DNA of 64,000 nucleotides from Candidatus Schekmanbacteria bacterium (GCA_016235675.1 JACRJN010000131.1:1779-65778); one strand, 5' to 3'. Numbered from the stretch's first letter, positions 1-9,183 are shown. The notes: generated by a model from the sequence alone, not told the origin. Numbers and translations: made by a program.

Positions 1-262
1 AAATAATATCCAGGACGCGCCGGATTTGGTGGTGGAGATAATTTCCGAAAGCAGTGTCTACCGGGATTCGGTAAGAAAAAAGAAGCTTTATGCCAAATTC
101 GGGGTCAAAGAATTTTGGCTGGTCGCTCCTGAAGAAAAAATGATTGAGGTTTATAATTTGGACAATCAGAGGTACCGTTTAAGCCAGACTTGTTTTTATA
201 ATGACAGCCTGGAATCTCAGGTTTTGAAAGGCTTCAGGATGGATTCGAAGGATATTTTTTAA
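1..262 (+). CDS. Uma2 family (DUF820) PD-(D/E)XK endonuclease, C-terminal part; 5' end lies outside the window
   Basis: ORF open to the window edge. The block PDLVVEIISES..YRD..KKKLYAKFGVKEFWLVAP is typical of Uma2 and clearly paralogous to 4772..5323. Confidence 0.8.
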   Translation, partial: NNIQDAPDLVVEIISESSVYRDSVRKKKLYAKFGVKEFWLVAPEEKMIEVYNLDNQRYRLSQTCFYNDSLESQVLKGFRMDSKDIF

Positions 263-359
263 ATCAATCACTATTCATTTGTCATGGTTTCGGCTTTTCT
301 CAAGCCAAACATCCTAACATGAGTTTTATACTCTTTTCGAATACTCCGGGGAATAAGTA

Positions 360-590
360 ATGAAAAATTTAACACGAATCACATTTGACCCCAATGTGAT
401 GGGCGGGAAGCCTTGTATCCGCGGATTACGCCTCACTGTTGGAACTATTGTCGGGCTGATTGCTACAGGATATTCCACTTCAGACATTTTGAAAGCATAT
501 CCTTATCTGGAAGAAGACGATATTCGCGAAGCACTTAAATACGCCGCCTGGCGAGTTGAAGAAATCGAATTACCCTTGGTACCCATATGA
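360..590 (+). CDS. DUF433 domain protein (antitoxin-like partner)
   Basis: 76 aa with VMGGKPCIRGLRLTVGTIV and a YP.L..DDI..AL..A signature. ATGA overlap with the next gene. Confidence 0.8.
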   Translation: MKNLTRITFDPNVMGGKPCIRGLRLTVGTIVGLIATGYSTSDILKAYPYLEEDDIREALKYAAWRVEEIELPLVPI

Positions 591-949
591 AACTGCTGGT
601 TGATATGAATCTTTCTCCTATGTGGATTGAATTTTTCGAACAGCAAGGGTGGCAAGCACTTCATTGGTCAACAGTGGGTAACCCTCGTGCAACTGATATT
701 GCAATCATGGATTGGGCGCGGGAAAATGATTATGCGGTATTCACTCACGATCTTGATTTTGGAGCTTTGTTAGCGGCTACCAGCGCTGACAAACCTAGTG
801 TTATTCAGGTACGTACACAAGATATTATGCCCCATAGTTTAGGCCCCAAATTAGTAAAAATATTACGGCAATATGAATCAGTTCTTAATAATGGGGCATT
901 GCTAACTGTGGACGAAAACAAGTCCAGAGTGCGTATTCTACTTTTTTAG
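587..949 (+). CDS. DUF5615 / PIN-like putative toxin
   Basis: 120 aa starting MKLLVDMNLSP, with an acidic FTHDLDFG motif. 4-nt overlap with the DUF433 gene, which is the classic pair arrangement. Confidence 0.7.
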   Translation: MKLLVDMNLSPMWIEFFEQQGWQALHWSTVGNPRATDIAIMDWARENDYAVFTHDLDFGALLAATSADKPSVIQVRTQDIMPHSLGPKLVKILRQYESVLNNGALLTVDENKSRVRILLF

Positions 950-984
950 CAACCAGTAATCACATAATTTCTAGGATTAAACCT

Positions 985-2025
985 ATGATCAACATTTCTT
1001 ACTCCGATTTAAGCTCCGATCCCCGCTATGCCTTTGCAGTCGGGAAAATCAGGGCGCTGGAAACAAACCTGATCACCAATCAGCAGGTCAACCGCCTGCT
1101 GGAGACCAAAGACGCCAACGCTCTTTGGTCGGAATTGGGCAATAACCGGGATTACGAAGCGCATCTGGCCCAATTCTACGATCCCCAGGATTTCGAAGCG
1201 GTTTTAAGCAGCGAATTGAAAAGGGTCTACGCTTTAACCCTGGGGATTTCTGCTGAGCGCACCGCCTTGGAATTACTGGCTTTGCGCCATGATTTCCATA
1301 ACTGCAAGGTTATCTCCAAAGCGTGCTTTTTGGGCGAAGATACGGATAGCAATTTAAGCCCCTTAGGAACGTGTCCCCCCAAAGAATGGGAACAACTCAT
1401 GGTTGCAGAAAAAGAAGCCGGGCTGTGCCGGTTACCTGCCGATTTGATGCAGATTGTCCGTGATGTGCAACAACAGCTTATCGACGAACAAAACTTGCGC
1501 CGGCGGGACATAATCTGGGATCAGGCGCTTTATCAATACCTCTCCCGCCACGCCGAAAAATCGAAAAATCTGTTTGTGCAGACCTGGCTGAAAATTCGCA
1601 TCGACGGCCTCAATTTGCTGACATATGTGCGCTGTATCAGGCAAAAGTCGGATAAGGGATTATTGAAGCTGGCTTTAATTGACAGCGGCACGATAGCTTG
1701 TGAAAAATTGCAAAACGCCTACGAAGGCGGCTTGGAAACGCTGGCCTCCCTGCTCTCCCCTACTCCCTATGCGGGAATGATCCAGGAGGGGCTGGCCTGT
1801 TATAAGCGGGACAACTCCTTTTCCTGTCTGGAAAAACTGTTCGACGATTACGAGATGGAGTTTTTGTCGCAGGCGCGCTATGTCTCTTTGGGGGTGGAGC
1901 CGTTGTTTGCCTATTTATTGGCCAAGGAGACCGAGATCAAGGTCTTGCGCATCCTGCTGGTGGGCAAAATAAACCGCCTGGACAAGACGGAAATCAGTAA
2001 ACGGGTAAGGAGGCTTTATGCCTAA
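985..2025 (+). CDS. ntpC: V-type ATP synthase subunit C (eukaryotic d homolog)
   Basis: 346 aa. YAFAVGKIRALE and LALRHDFHNCKV motifs. Overlaps the start of subunit F, directly upstream of F-A. Confidence 0.8.
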   Translation: MINISYSDLSSDPRYAFAVGKIRALETNLITNQQVNRLLETKDANALWSELGNNRDYEAHLAQFYDPQDFEAVLSSELKRVYALTLGISAERTALELLALRHDFHNCKVISKACFLGEDTDSNLSPLGTCPPKEWEQLMVAEKEAGLCRLPADLMQIVRDVQQQLIDEQNLRRRDIIWDQALYQYLSRHAEKSKNLFVQTWLKIRIDGLNLLTYVRCIRQKSDKGLLKLALIDSGTIACEKLQNAYEGGLETLASLLSPTPYAGMIQEGLACYKRDNSFSCLEKLFDDYEMEFLSQARYVSLGVEPLFAYLLAKETEIKVLRILLVGKINRLDKTEISKRVRRLYA

Positions 2026-2350
2026 GATGGCGATTTTAGGAGAAAGGGACGCGATTTTGGGCTTCAAAGCCGTGGGAGTGAATGTTTTCCCCATCAAAAA
2101 CACCGATGAAGCGGAGGCGGTTTTGCGCAAACTGGCAATGGAAGACTATGCCGCGATCTTTGTCAGCGAGCGTTACGCCCAGGATTTGGAACTGCAAATC
2201 AAGGAGATCGAGCGCTCCGGCGGCATGTTTCCCAGTATCGTAATTATCCCCGGCCCCGGCGTAAATCAAGGGTTGGGAATGAATAAAATCAAAAACATGG
2301 TTGAGAAAGCCCTGGGTATGGCTATTCTTTCCACAGACGAAAAACAATGA
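2018..2350 (+). CDS. ntpF: V-type ATP synthase subunit F
   Basis: 110 aa. MAILGERDAILGFKAVGVNVF N-terminus. Positioned between C and A. Confidence 0.85.
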   Translation: MPKMAILGERDAILGFKAVGVNVFPIKNTDEAEAVLRKLAMEDYAAIFVSERYAQDLELQIKEIERSGGMFPSIVIIPGPGVNQGLGMNKIKNMVEKALGMAILSTDEKQ

Positions 2351-2360
2351 GGTTTGACAT

Positions 2361-4112
2361 ATGCAGGCAGGAAAAATAATCAAAGTGGCTGGCCCTTTGG
2401 TGGTTGCCGACGGCATGGTTGACGCCAAGATGTATGACGTGGTCAAAGTCGGCCTTGAGGAACTGATCGGCGAGATTGTGGAAATCAAAGGCGATAAAGC
2501 CTCGATTCAGGTCTACGAGGAAACGGGAGGCATCGGCCCCGGCGATCCGGTGATCACTACCGGTATGCCGCTTAGCGTCGAGTTAGGCCCCGGATTGCTG
2601 CAAAGCATTTACGACGGTATTCAGCGCCCGCTGGAATTGATCTACGGCAAGGTCGGGGATTTGATCACCCGCGGGGTTAACGTCCCCAGCCTGAATCGGG
2701 AAAAGAAATGGGCGTTTACTCCGACTGGCAAAACGGGTGATAAGGTGCAGGCCGGGGATATTTTGGGCACGCTGCCGGAAACCAGGGTTATTACCCATAA
2801 GGTGCTGGTTCCGCCCGGAATCGAGGGAGAGATCGTTAAGATTGCGGCAGGCGGCGAATACACCATTACCGATACCATCGCCCGCATTAAAACCAAAAAC
2901 GGTGAACAGGATATTTGTATGCTGCAAAAGTGGCCGGTGCGTATCAGCCGTCCCTTAAAGGGTAAGCTTTCGCCCAAAGAGCCGCTTTCCACCGGACAGC
3001 GCATTATCGACACCCTCTTTCCCCTGGCCAAGGGCGGAACGGCTTGTGTTCCCGGCCCCTTCGGTTCAGGCAAGACCGTAGTGCAGCATCAGTTGGCCAA
3101 ATGGGCATCTGCCGAGATTGTGGTTTATATCGGCTGCGGCGAGCGCGGCAACGAGATGACCGACGTTTTGATCGAACTGCCGGAGATCGAAGACCCCAGA
3201 ACCGGTGAATCGCTGATGCAGCGCACCGTTTTGATCGCCAACACCTCAAACATGCCGGTGGCCGCCCGTGAAGCCTCGGTCTATACCGGGATCACCCTGG
3301 CCGAATATTACCGCGATATGGGCTACCATGTGGCGCTGATGGCTGATTCCACCTCCCGCTGGGCGGAAGCCTTGCGCGAGATGTCGGGACGTCTGGAAGA
3401 GATGCCCGGAGAAGAAGGCTATCCGGCTTATCTGGCGACCAAGATCGCCGATTTCTACGAGCGCGCCGGTCGGGTCAACACCCTGGGCAGCAACGGCAGA
3501 GAGGGATCGATCAGCGTTATCGGAGCGGTTTCCCCTCCCGGCGGCGACATGTCCGACCCGGTGGTGCAGGCCACCCTCAAGGTGGTTAAGGTCTTCTGGG
3601 GGCTGGACGCCAATTTAGCCTACCGCCGGCATTTCCCCGCCATCAACTGGCTGCAAAGCTATTCACTGTATATGGACAACCTCAAGGATTACCTGACCGG
3701 AGAAATTGCCCGCGACTGGGTCACCATCCGCCAGAAAGCCATGGCGCTGTTACAGAAAGAGGCGGAACTGGAAGAAATCGTACGACTAATCGGCAAGGAC
3801 TCCCTCTCCCCTACCGATCAGCTAACCCTGGAAATCACCAAGATCATCCGCGAGGATTTTCTGCATCAGAACGCCTTCCACGCCCAGGACTCCTACACCT
3901 CGCTGAACAAGCAATATAACTTGCTGAAGCTGATTCTCACCGCCGAAGAACTGTTCCGCTCCGCAGTCGAAGCCAAAATTCCCTTAAAGCGCATCCTCTC
4001 CATCCCGGCCCTGGAAGAAATCGCCAAAGCCAAGTTTATCACCGAAGACAAACCGGAGGAGATCGAAGCCATCGGGCAGAGATTGAGGGAGCAGGTAGGG
4101 GGGTTGAAGTAA
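2361..4112 (+). CDS. ntpA: V-type ATP synthase catalytic subunit A
   Basis: 583 aa. Walker A GPFGSGKTV, GCGERGNEM and SRWAEALREMSGRLEEMPGEEGYPAYL motifs. Confidence 0.97.
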   Translation: MQAGKIIKVAGPLVVADGMVDAKMYDVVKVGLEELIGEIVEIKGDKASIQVYEETGGIGPGDPVITTGMPLSVELGPGLLQSIYDGIQRPLELIYGKVGDLITRGVNVPSLNREKKWAFTPTGKTGDKVQAGDILGTLPETRVITHKVLVPPGIEGEIVKIAAGGEYTITDTIARIKTKNGEQDICMLQKWPVRISRPLKGKLSPKEPLSTGQRIIDTLFPLAKGGTACVPGPFGSGKTVVQHQLAKWASAEIVVYIGCGERGNEMTDVLIELPEIEDPRTGESLMQRTVLIANTSNMPVAAREASVYTGITLAEYYRDMGYHVALMADSTSRWAEALREMSGRLEEMPGEEGYPAYLATKIADFYERAGRVNTLGSNGREGSISVIGAVSPPGGDMSDPVVQATLKVVKVFWGLDANLAYRRHFPAINWLQSYSLYMDNLKDYLTGEIARDWVTIRQKAMALLQKEAELEEIVRLIGKDSLSPTDQLTLEITKIIREDFLHQNAFHAQDSYTSLNKQYNLLKLILTAEELFRSAVEAKIPLKRILSIPALEEIAKAKFITEDKPEEIEAIGQRLREQVGGLK

Positions 4113-4118
4113 CATAGG

Positions 4119-4165
4119 GTAGGGTGGGCTGCGCCCACCATTTTGATGGGCACAGCCCACCCTAC
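4119..4165. repeat. R-D doublet: GTAGGGTGGGC TGC GCCCACC ... GGGCACAGCCCACCCTAC
   Basis: Two inverted GTAG-anchored hairpins, starting 7 nt after the ntpA stop. Confidence 0.9.
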
Positions 4166-4192
4166 AGGCTACATGAAAAAAAGGGTTGCTTT

Positions 4193-4432
4193 GTGGAGAT
4201 AAATTTTTCTCGTCATGCCAAGAGAAGAGCCAGGTTATACAAAATCCCTGACTCAACAATTCTTAATCTTTTGGAATCGAAAATTTGGAACCAGGGAAAT
4301 CATGAGATTACAAAAATTGTTGCGGGGATTAAATACCCATTGAAAATTGTGTTTAATGTTGAAGACCATATTTTAACTGTAATAACTTGCTATCCTTTAA
4401 AAAAAGGAGCTAAGGGTGAAAGTATATTATGA
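4193..4432 (+). CDS. DUF4258-like small protein (putative toxin)
   Basis: INFSRHAKRRARLY ... ILTVITCYPLKK pattern. In-frame GTG at 4193 chosen because upstream codons translate the R-D repeat. Overlaps the DUF2283 gene. Confidence 0.6.
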   Translation: MEINFSRHAKRRARLYKIPDSTILNLLESKIWNQGNHEITKIVAGIKYPLKIVFNVEDHILTVITCYPLKKGAKGESIL

Positions 4433-4643
4433 CGACGAAGCAGACGCCCTTTATCTAAAATTGGGAGAAGAAACGCCGGAAGGGGTAATAGAGCTAGCCG
4501 AAGGGGTTAATCTGGACACCACTGCTGAAGATAAGATAGTAGGGATAGAAATTTTGAATGCCTCCAAGAAGATTGATTTAAAAACAATATTATCTTATAC
4601 CCTGGAGTTTGAAAAGGATTTAATAACCCAAGAAGCGGCCTGA
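4416..4643 (+). CDS. DUF2283 domain protein (putative antitoxin partner)
   Basis: 75 aa. MKVYYDDEADALYLKLGE and KIVGIEILNASKK are hallmark DUF2283 motifs. Confidence 0.8.
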   Translation: MKVYYDDEADALYLKLGEETPEGVIELAEGVNLDTTAEDKIVGIEILNASKKIDLKTILSYTLEFEKDLITQEAA

Positions 4644-4650
4644 TAGTAAC

Positions 4651-4742
4651 GTAGGGTGGGCTGTGCCCACCAAAGGCTAACCAGGGCAATTTGAACAGCG
4701 ACATATGGGCGAAAAACAAAAGGTTGGCAAAGCCCACCCTAC
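4651..4742. repeat. R-D doublet with about 50-nt spacer
   Basis: GTAGGGTGGGCTGTGCCCACC at the left end and AAGCCCACCCTAC at the right end. Confidence 0.85.
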
Positions 4743-4771
4743 ATAAATAAAACTCAAGGAGGTGAGCACCC

Positions 4772-5323
4772 ATGCAGGGTTTGGCGATAAAGCAAAAAAA
4801 ATATACTTATCAGGACTATTTAAAAACCCCGGACGATATGCGGTATGAACTAATTGAGGGAGATTTAATAATGACACCGGCGCCATATATTCGACACCAA
4901 AGAATTTCCAGTAACTTGTTTTTCAAGATGAGAGATTTCACAAGCACCAATAATTTAGGCGAGGTTTTTTACGCTCCCTGCGATGTCTACTTAGACGATG
5001 AGAATGTTGTTCAGCCGGATATACTCTTCGTTTCCAAGGAGCGTCTGGAAATTATCACGGAAAAGAATATCCAGGGTGCGCCGGATTTGGTAGTGGAAAT
5101 TGTTTCGGAAGGAAATGCTTACCGGGACACCATACAGAAAAAAAGACTATACGCCCGTTTCGGGGTGAAAGAATATTGGATAGTGGCACCGGGGGAAAAG
5201 ATGATCGAACAATATCATTTGAATAAGCAGGGTTACCAATTGATTAGGACTTATTATCATGAGGATCATCTCATATCCCAGGAATTGCAGGATTTCACGA
5301 TTGAATTGAGGGAGGTTTTTTAA
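4772..5323 (+). CDS. Uma2 family (DUF820) endonuclease
   Basis: 183 aa. YELIEGDLIMTPAP, QPDILFV and APDLVVEIVSE..YRD...K..LYARFGVKEYW motifs. Confidence 0.85.
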   Translation: MQGLAIKQKKYTYQDYLKTPDDMRYELIEGDLIMTPAPYIRHQRISSNLFFKMRDFTSTNNLGEVFYAPCDVYLDDENVVQPDILFVSKERLEIITEKNIQGAPDLVVEIVSEGNAYRDTIQKKRLYARFGVKEYWIVAPGEKMIEQYHLNKQGYQLIRTYYHEDHLISQELQDFTIELREVF

Positions 5324-5328
5324 AAAAT

Positions 5329-5386
5329 GTAGTTACCTGATTTATCAGGGAACGGCCTGCTGGTACCCGATAAATCGGGTAACTAC
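5329..5386. repeat. R-H doublet: GTAGTTACCTGATTTATCAGG ... TACCCGATAAATCGGGTAACTAC
   Basis: Inverted GTAG hairpin pair. Second copy at 25117..25172. Confidence 0.9.
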
Positions 5387-5415
5387 AAATGGCAGCATAA
5401 CACAGGAGGAATAAA

Positions 5416-6816
5416 ATGCCGAAAGAATACCGAACTGTGGCCTCGGTTTCCGGACCGTTGATTTTAGTGGACAAGGTAGAAAGCATTAAATACGAAGAAC
5501 TGGTGGAAGTGGAACTGCCCGGCGAACAAATCCGTCTGGGCAAGGTACTGGAGGTCTCAGGAAATACCGCCCTGGTGCAGCTTTTCGGTACATCTACCGG
5601 CATCAATATCTATCAGAGCAAAATTCGCTTTCTGGGCAAGGGGATTGAACTGGGGGTTTCTCCCGATTTATTGGGACGGATTTTCGACGGCCTGGGACGC
5701 CCGATCGACAATGGCCCGCGCATTATCCCGGAAAAACGCCTGAACATCAACGGGAATCCGATCAACCCCTATGCCCGCGATTATCCCTCGGAGTTTATCC
5801 AGACCGGTATTTCCACCATCGACGGCCTAAATACACTGGTGCGCGGACAAAAATTGCCCATCTTCTCAGGTGCCGGTCTCCCGCACTCCCAAATGGCGGC
5901 CCAAATCGCCCGTCAATCCAAGGTTTTGGGCAAGGAAGAAGCCTTTGCCGTGGTCTTTGCCGCCATGGGCATCACCTTTGAGGAATACGAGTTTTTCCGC
6001 CAAGATTTCCAGAAATCCGGTGCGCTGGAACGCTCGGTGCTGTTCGTCAATCTGGCCAATGACCCGGCGGTAGAACGCATCGCCACCCCGCGAATGGCCC
6101 TGACCGCCGCTGAATATCTGGCATTTGAGAAGGATATGCACGTTCTGGTTATCTTAACCGATCTGACCAATTATTGCGAAGCCCTGCGCGAGGTTTCCGC
6201 CGCCCGCAAGGAAATACCCGGTCGCCGCGGTTATCCCGGTTACATGTATACCGACCTGTCCACGATTTATGAACGCGCCGGACGCATCAAGGGCAAAAAG
6301 GGATCGATCACCCAGATTCCCATTCTTACCATGCCGGAAGATGACAAAACCCATCCCATCCCGGATTTGACCGGTTATATTACCGAGGGACAAATTATCC
6401 TGGGACGGGCGATGCACCGCAAAGGCATCTATCCCCCAATCGATGTCTTGCCGTGTCTTTCCCGCTTGCGGGATAAAGGCATCGGCGAGGGCAAGACCAG
6501 GGAAGACCACGCCGGCTGGTCGAATCAATTGTTTGCCGCCTATGCCAGGGGTAAAGAGTCTGAAGAATTGGCGGTTATATTGGGTGAATCGGCTCTATCG
6601 GCAGCCGATAAAACCTTCCTTAAATTCGCCCTGGAATTTGAGCGGCGGTTTGTACAGCAAGGGGCCTATGAAGACCGGGCTATCGAGGAAACTTTGGCTA
6701 TCGGCTGGGAATTAATGGCGGCACTTCCGAAAGCCGAACTCAAACGGGTGAAAGAGGATCATATCGCTAAATATATGCCGGCGGGGAAAGAATTAGGCTT
6801 GAGGCTTGAGGCCTGA
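5416..6816 (+). CDS. ntpB: V-type ATP synthase subunit B
   Basis: 466 aa. [21 protein letters not shown] and [21 protein letters not shown] motifs. The last codons (GLRLEA) are encoded by the GGCTTGAG tandem repeat. Confidence 0.97.
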   Translation: MPKEYRTVASVSGPLILVDKVESIKYEELVEVELPGEQIRLGKVLEVSGNTALVQLFGTSTGINIYQSKIRFLGKGIELGVSPDLLGRIFDGLGRPIDNGPRIIPEKRLNINGNPINPYARDYPSEFIQTGISTIDGLNTLVRGQKLPIFSGAGLPHSQMAAQIARQSKVLGKEEAFAVVFAAMGITFEEYEFFRQDFQKSGALERSVLFVNLANDPAVERIATPRMALTAAEYLAFEKDMHVLVILTDLTNYCEALREVSAARKEIPGRRGYPGYMYTDLSTIYERAGRIKGKKGSITQIPILTMPEDDKTHPIPDLTGYITEGQIILGRAMHRKGIYPPIDVLPCLSRLRDKGIGEGKTREDHAGWSNQLFAAYARGKESEELAVILGESALSAADKTFLKFALEFERRFVQQGAYEDRAIEETLAIGWELMAALPKAELKRVKEDHIAKYMPAGKELGLRLEA

Positions 6817-6921
6817 GGCTTGAGTAATGAGATTTGAGGTAAAATCACAGGCAGGATGCCTGTGCTACCGTAGGGCGAATTTGTATTCGCCCTCTTTCCC
6901 TCAAGCCTCAAGTCTCAAGCC
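6796..6921. repeat. Composite palindrome: GGCTTGAG x3-4 arms enclosing an R-E hairpin and a GTAGGGCGAAT hairpin
   Basis: Left arm 6796..6824, right arm 6898..6921. Inner CACAGGCAGGATGCCTGTGCTACC and GTAGGGCGAATTTGTATTCGCCC. Confidence 0.9.
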
Positions 6922-7571
6922 TTTTTATTACAGCGATGAACCAAATTTCGGGCATTAACCCAAATTTGCTCTATCTGGGACTCGGTCAGCCCTGCGCCGA
7001 TGGCTACTTTAATGGCTTGTTCCTGCGAAATGAGGTCATCCGGTTCATGAGAGTCGGTATCAAGTATTAAAGAAGCATCTGATTTTGCGGCCAACTTGGC
7101 CACATGGCCGTTTGTCAGGGAATGTCCCTTACGGCTGGTAATTTCCAGAAAAATATGACGCTTTGCCGCCAAACGGACGTCTTCTTCGCTGATCAAACCC
7201 GGATGCGCCAATATATCGATGTCGGATTTTAAGGCATAATGATTGGTGCCAGGAACAACCGGCTCGGCTATGGTTTCCCCATGGACAACGATAATTTTAG
7301 CGCCCAGGGAGCGGGCACGGTACGCCAGATCGGGGATGAGCTTAGGCGGAACATGCGTTAATTCTATGCCGGGGATAGCGGTTATTTCCCAATGCTGATT
7401 AGCGGTTTGACAGGCTTGAATAATACGCGGGATTACAAATTCCAGGTTGGACGGATCGGCATGATCGGTCAAAGCGATGGCTTTATAGCCTTTAACGACG
7501 GCGTGGCGTATCAATTCCATCGGAAGGAGAACGCCGTCACTGAACAAAGAATGGGTATGAAAATCAAACAT
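6915..7571 (-). CDS. PHP-domain metal-dependent phosphoesterase (histidinol-phosphatase-like)
   Basis: 218 aa. FDFHTHSLFSDG and ALTDHAD motifs. Confidence 0.8.
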   Translation of the reverse strand: MFDFHTHSLFSDGVLLPMELIRHAVVKGYKAIALTDHADPSNLEFVIPRIIQACQTANQHWEITAIPGIELTHVPPKLIPDLAYRARSLGAKIIVVHGETIAEPVVPGTNHYALKSDIDILAHPGLISEEDVRLAAKRHIFLEITSRKGHSLTNGHVAKLAAKSDASLILDTDSHEPDDLISQEQAIKVAIGAGLTESQIEQIWVNARNLVHRCNKKA

Positions 7572-7573
7572 GT

Positions 7574-7933
7574 CTATTGAGCTAACTTAACGGTAACATT
7601 TTCAAAACGAGTCATCAATTCTTTCGCTTCCTGCATAAAACTATTCAATAAAGCGTCGCTGCAACATTGCTTACTTCTCAATTCATCACATAATTTACTG
7701 TTATCTAAATACAAGGTGATATTATTCGCGCCCATCCCCTTAGCCCTTCTTAAGGCAACTAAAAGCGCACAGGAATCCTGAATATCTTTGTTAGCCAAGG
7801 TAGCATTTTCCCGGATAATGCTCAAAAGGTTATCTTCATCATCTTTAACCATTACTTCAACGTAGCCGCGTGAATAGGGTTTTATCTGCTTTTGGCCATT
7901 TACAAATAAAATTAAGTGATTAAATCCCGCCAT
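7574..7933 (-). CDS. Small RNase H-like (RVT_3-type) domain protein, possibly catalytically degenerate
   Basis: Strand-helix pattern LILFVNGQ ... CALLVALRRAKGMG ... ITLYLDNSKL resembles the RNase HI fold, but Asn replaces the first Asp. Start uncertain (GTG at 7942 is possible). Confidence 0.35.
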   Translation of the reverse strand: MAGFNHLILFVNGQKQIKPYSRGYVEVMVKDDEDNLLSIIRENATLANKDIQDSCALLVALRRAKGMGANNITLYLDNSKLCDELRSKQCCSDALLNSFMQEAKELMTRFENVTVKLAQ

Positions 7934-8045
7934 AGCCCTCACCGCCTTTTTAAACCCAATTAAATTATAGCATCTTACTATTTAAAATGCAATTGAAGTA
8001 GTTTGTAAAATGTATCGCAGATAACACAAAGAAAAATAATATTTT

Positions 8046-8182
8046 GGTAGCGTTCTCAATAAGAGACCTAAAGCGTCAAAAGCGAGGCAGCCTTATCGCC
8101 GAAGCAATCTCATGTGCACGCATGGAGATTGCTTCGCTTCGCTCGCAATGACGCTTCAGGTCTGCGGTATTTCTACGCTACC
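8046..8182. repeat. R-C long form: GGTAGCGTTCTCAAT...GAAGCAATCTC...GAGATTGCTTCG...CTCGCAATGAC...CTACGCTACC
   Basis: Nested palindrome of about 137 nt. Copies or cores at 9105, 33199, 34497, 40990, 50099 and 60159. Confidence 0.9.
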
Positions 8183-8250
8183 AATAATTTTACACTAAAC
8201 AGTCATGCTCCTTCAGAACGACACAAAACATGAAAACATTCCCCCCTGCC

Positions 8251-8310
8251 GTAGTGCCGGGGCTTTAGCCCCGGTAGTTCAGCCCTGAAGGGCTGGAACT
8301 ACGAAACTAC
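8251..8310. repeat. R-B type hairpins (GTAGTGCCGGGGCTTTAGCCCCGG; GTAGTTCAGCCCTGAAGGGCTGGAACTAC)
   Basis: Read directly. Ends with a tandem GAAACTAC. Confidence 0.85.
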
Positions 8311-8335
8311 GAAACACAAACAGGCATTTAGCCTT

Positions 8336-9049
8336 TTATTTCTTCGTCTCCCCCTTTGCCGGTTCCATTTTTTTAATCCACTGTTTTATTTCTTCAGCTT
8401 GGGGAGAATTCGGTTCCAACTCTAAAAATTTTTGAAAATAAAAAACCGCTTTTTCCGGCTGGGATAATTTCTTGGCGTAGATTGTCCCCAGGTTAAAATA
8501 GGCATCGGAGGAATCGTACACCTCTAATACTTTTGAGTAATATTCGACGGCTTTTGCATAATCGCCGCTTACGGCTGCAATATTCCCTTGTTTCAGTAGT
8601 TGCATCATTGTATCGAGGGTTTCCTGACTCAAATCGTTTATCATCCGGCTTGTTTTCGCGGATTGAGGGTTATTGGTCGACAAATCATAAATTTTTTCTT
8701 TATCCAGGTATAATTTTATTTCCTTAATCCATTGGCGTACATGAGGAGTATCTGTATCGAAGGGTTTTAACTGGAGAAATTTTTCATAATAAAAAAGTGC
8801 CCTTTTGCGATCCTGGATATTAATCTCATAAGTCACCCCCAAATTAAACACGGCATCGATCGAATTATAACCGACAAAGGCTTTTTCATAGGCAGCGACG
8901 GCCTCCTGATAATTACCCTCTTCGCAAGCTTTATTCCCCTCTAAAACAAGCTGCGTCCCCGGATCATAACTTTCTTGTGCCGAAGCGATAGAATTTATAA
9001 GTAATATCGGGAAAAAGACGATAAATAAAATTGACGCTTTAAATCTCAT
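8336..9049 (-). CDS. Secreted TPR-repeat protein
   Basis: 237 aa. N-terminal signal-like MRFKASILFIVFFPILLINSIASA. Repeated A..YE/Y.KAL/FLEL.P TPR pattern. Paralog of 9291..10016. Confidence 0.75.
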   Translation of the reverse strand: MRFKASILFIVFFPILLINSIASAQESYDPGTQLVLEGNKACEEGNYQEAVAAYEKAFVGYNSIDAVFNLGVTYEINIQDRKRALFYYEKFLQLKPFDTDTPHVRQWIKEIKLYLDKEKIYDLSTNNPQSAKTSRMINDLSQETLDTMMQLLKQGNIAAVSGDYAKAVEYYSKVLEVYDSSDAYFNLGTIYAKKLSQPEKAVFYFQKFLELEPNSPQAEEIKQWIKKMEPAKGETKK

Positions 9050-9104
9050 TGCTAAACTCCACTTAGTACGCGATTTTATAAATAACTAAGATTATTTTTT
9101 AAGT

Positions 9105-9183
9105 GTCATTGCGAGCTTAAGCGAAGCAATCTCTACCCATGCGTCTGAGATTGCTTCGGCGATAAGGCTGCCTCGCTTTTGAC
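9105..9183. repeat. R-C core copy
   Basis: GTCATTGCGAGCTTAAGCGAAGCAATCTC...GAGATTGCTTCGGCGATAAGGCTGCCTCGCTTTTGAC, inside a wider AT-rich inverted repeat (about 9062..9220). Confidence 0.9.

Noticed and set aside
2036-2488. Long antisense or out-of-frame ORFs inside well-supported genes, such as 2036..2488, 2642..3073, 17571..18083, 22704..23114, 20388..20876, 48772..49272, 30176..30676 and 43792..44172
   Set aside because: They are shadow ORFs overlapping strongly supported conserved genes. None shows a recognisable motif.
4124-4192. N-terminal extension of the DUF4258 ORF (MGCAHHFDGHSPPYRL..)
   Set aside because: These codons are the translation of the R-D hairpin doublet. An in-frame GTG at 4193 gives a protein of family-typical size.
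4113-5415. Integron-like gene cassettes, with hairpin doublets acting as attC sites after each small gene
   Set aside because: The palindromes lack the attC core pair (RYYYAAC ... GTTRRRY). No intI or attI is nearby. Identical doublets occur all over the window in non-cassette contexts.
2361-6816. Intein or other large insertion inside V-ATPase A or B
   Set aside because: Both proteins have normal lengths (583 and 466 aa) and uninterrupted conserved motifs. The extra DNA lies between the genes, not within them.
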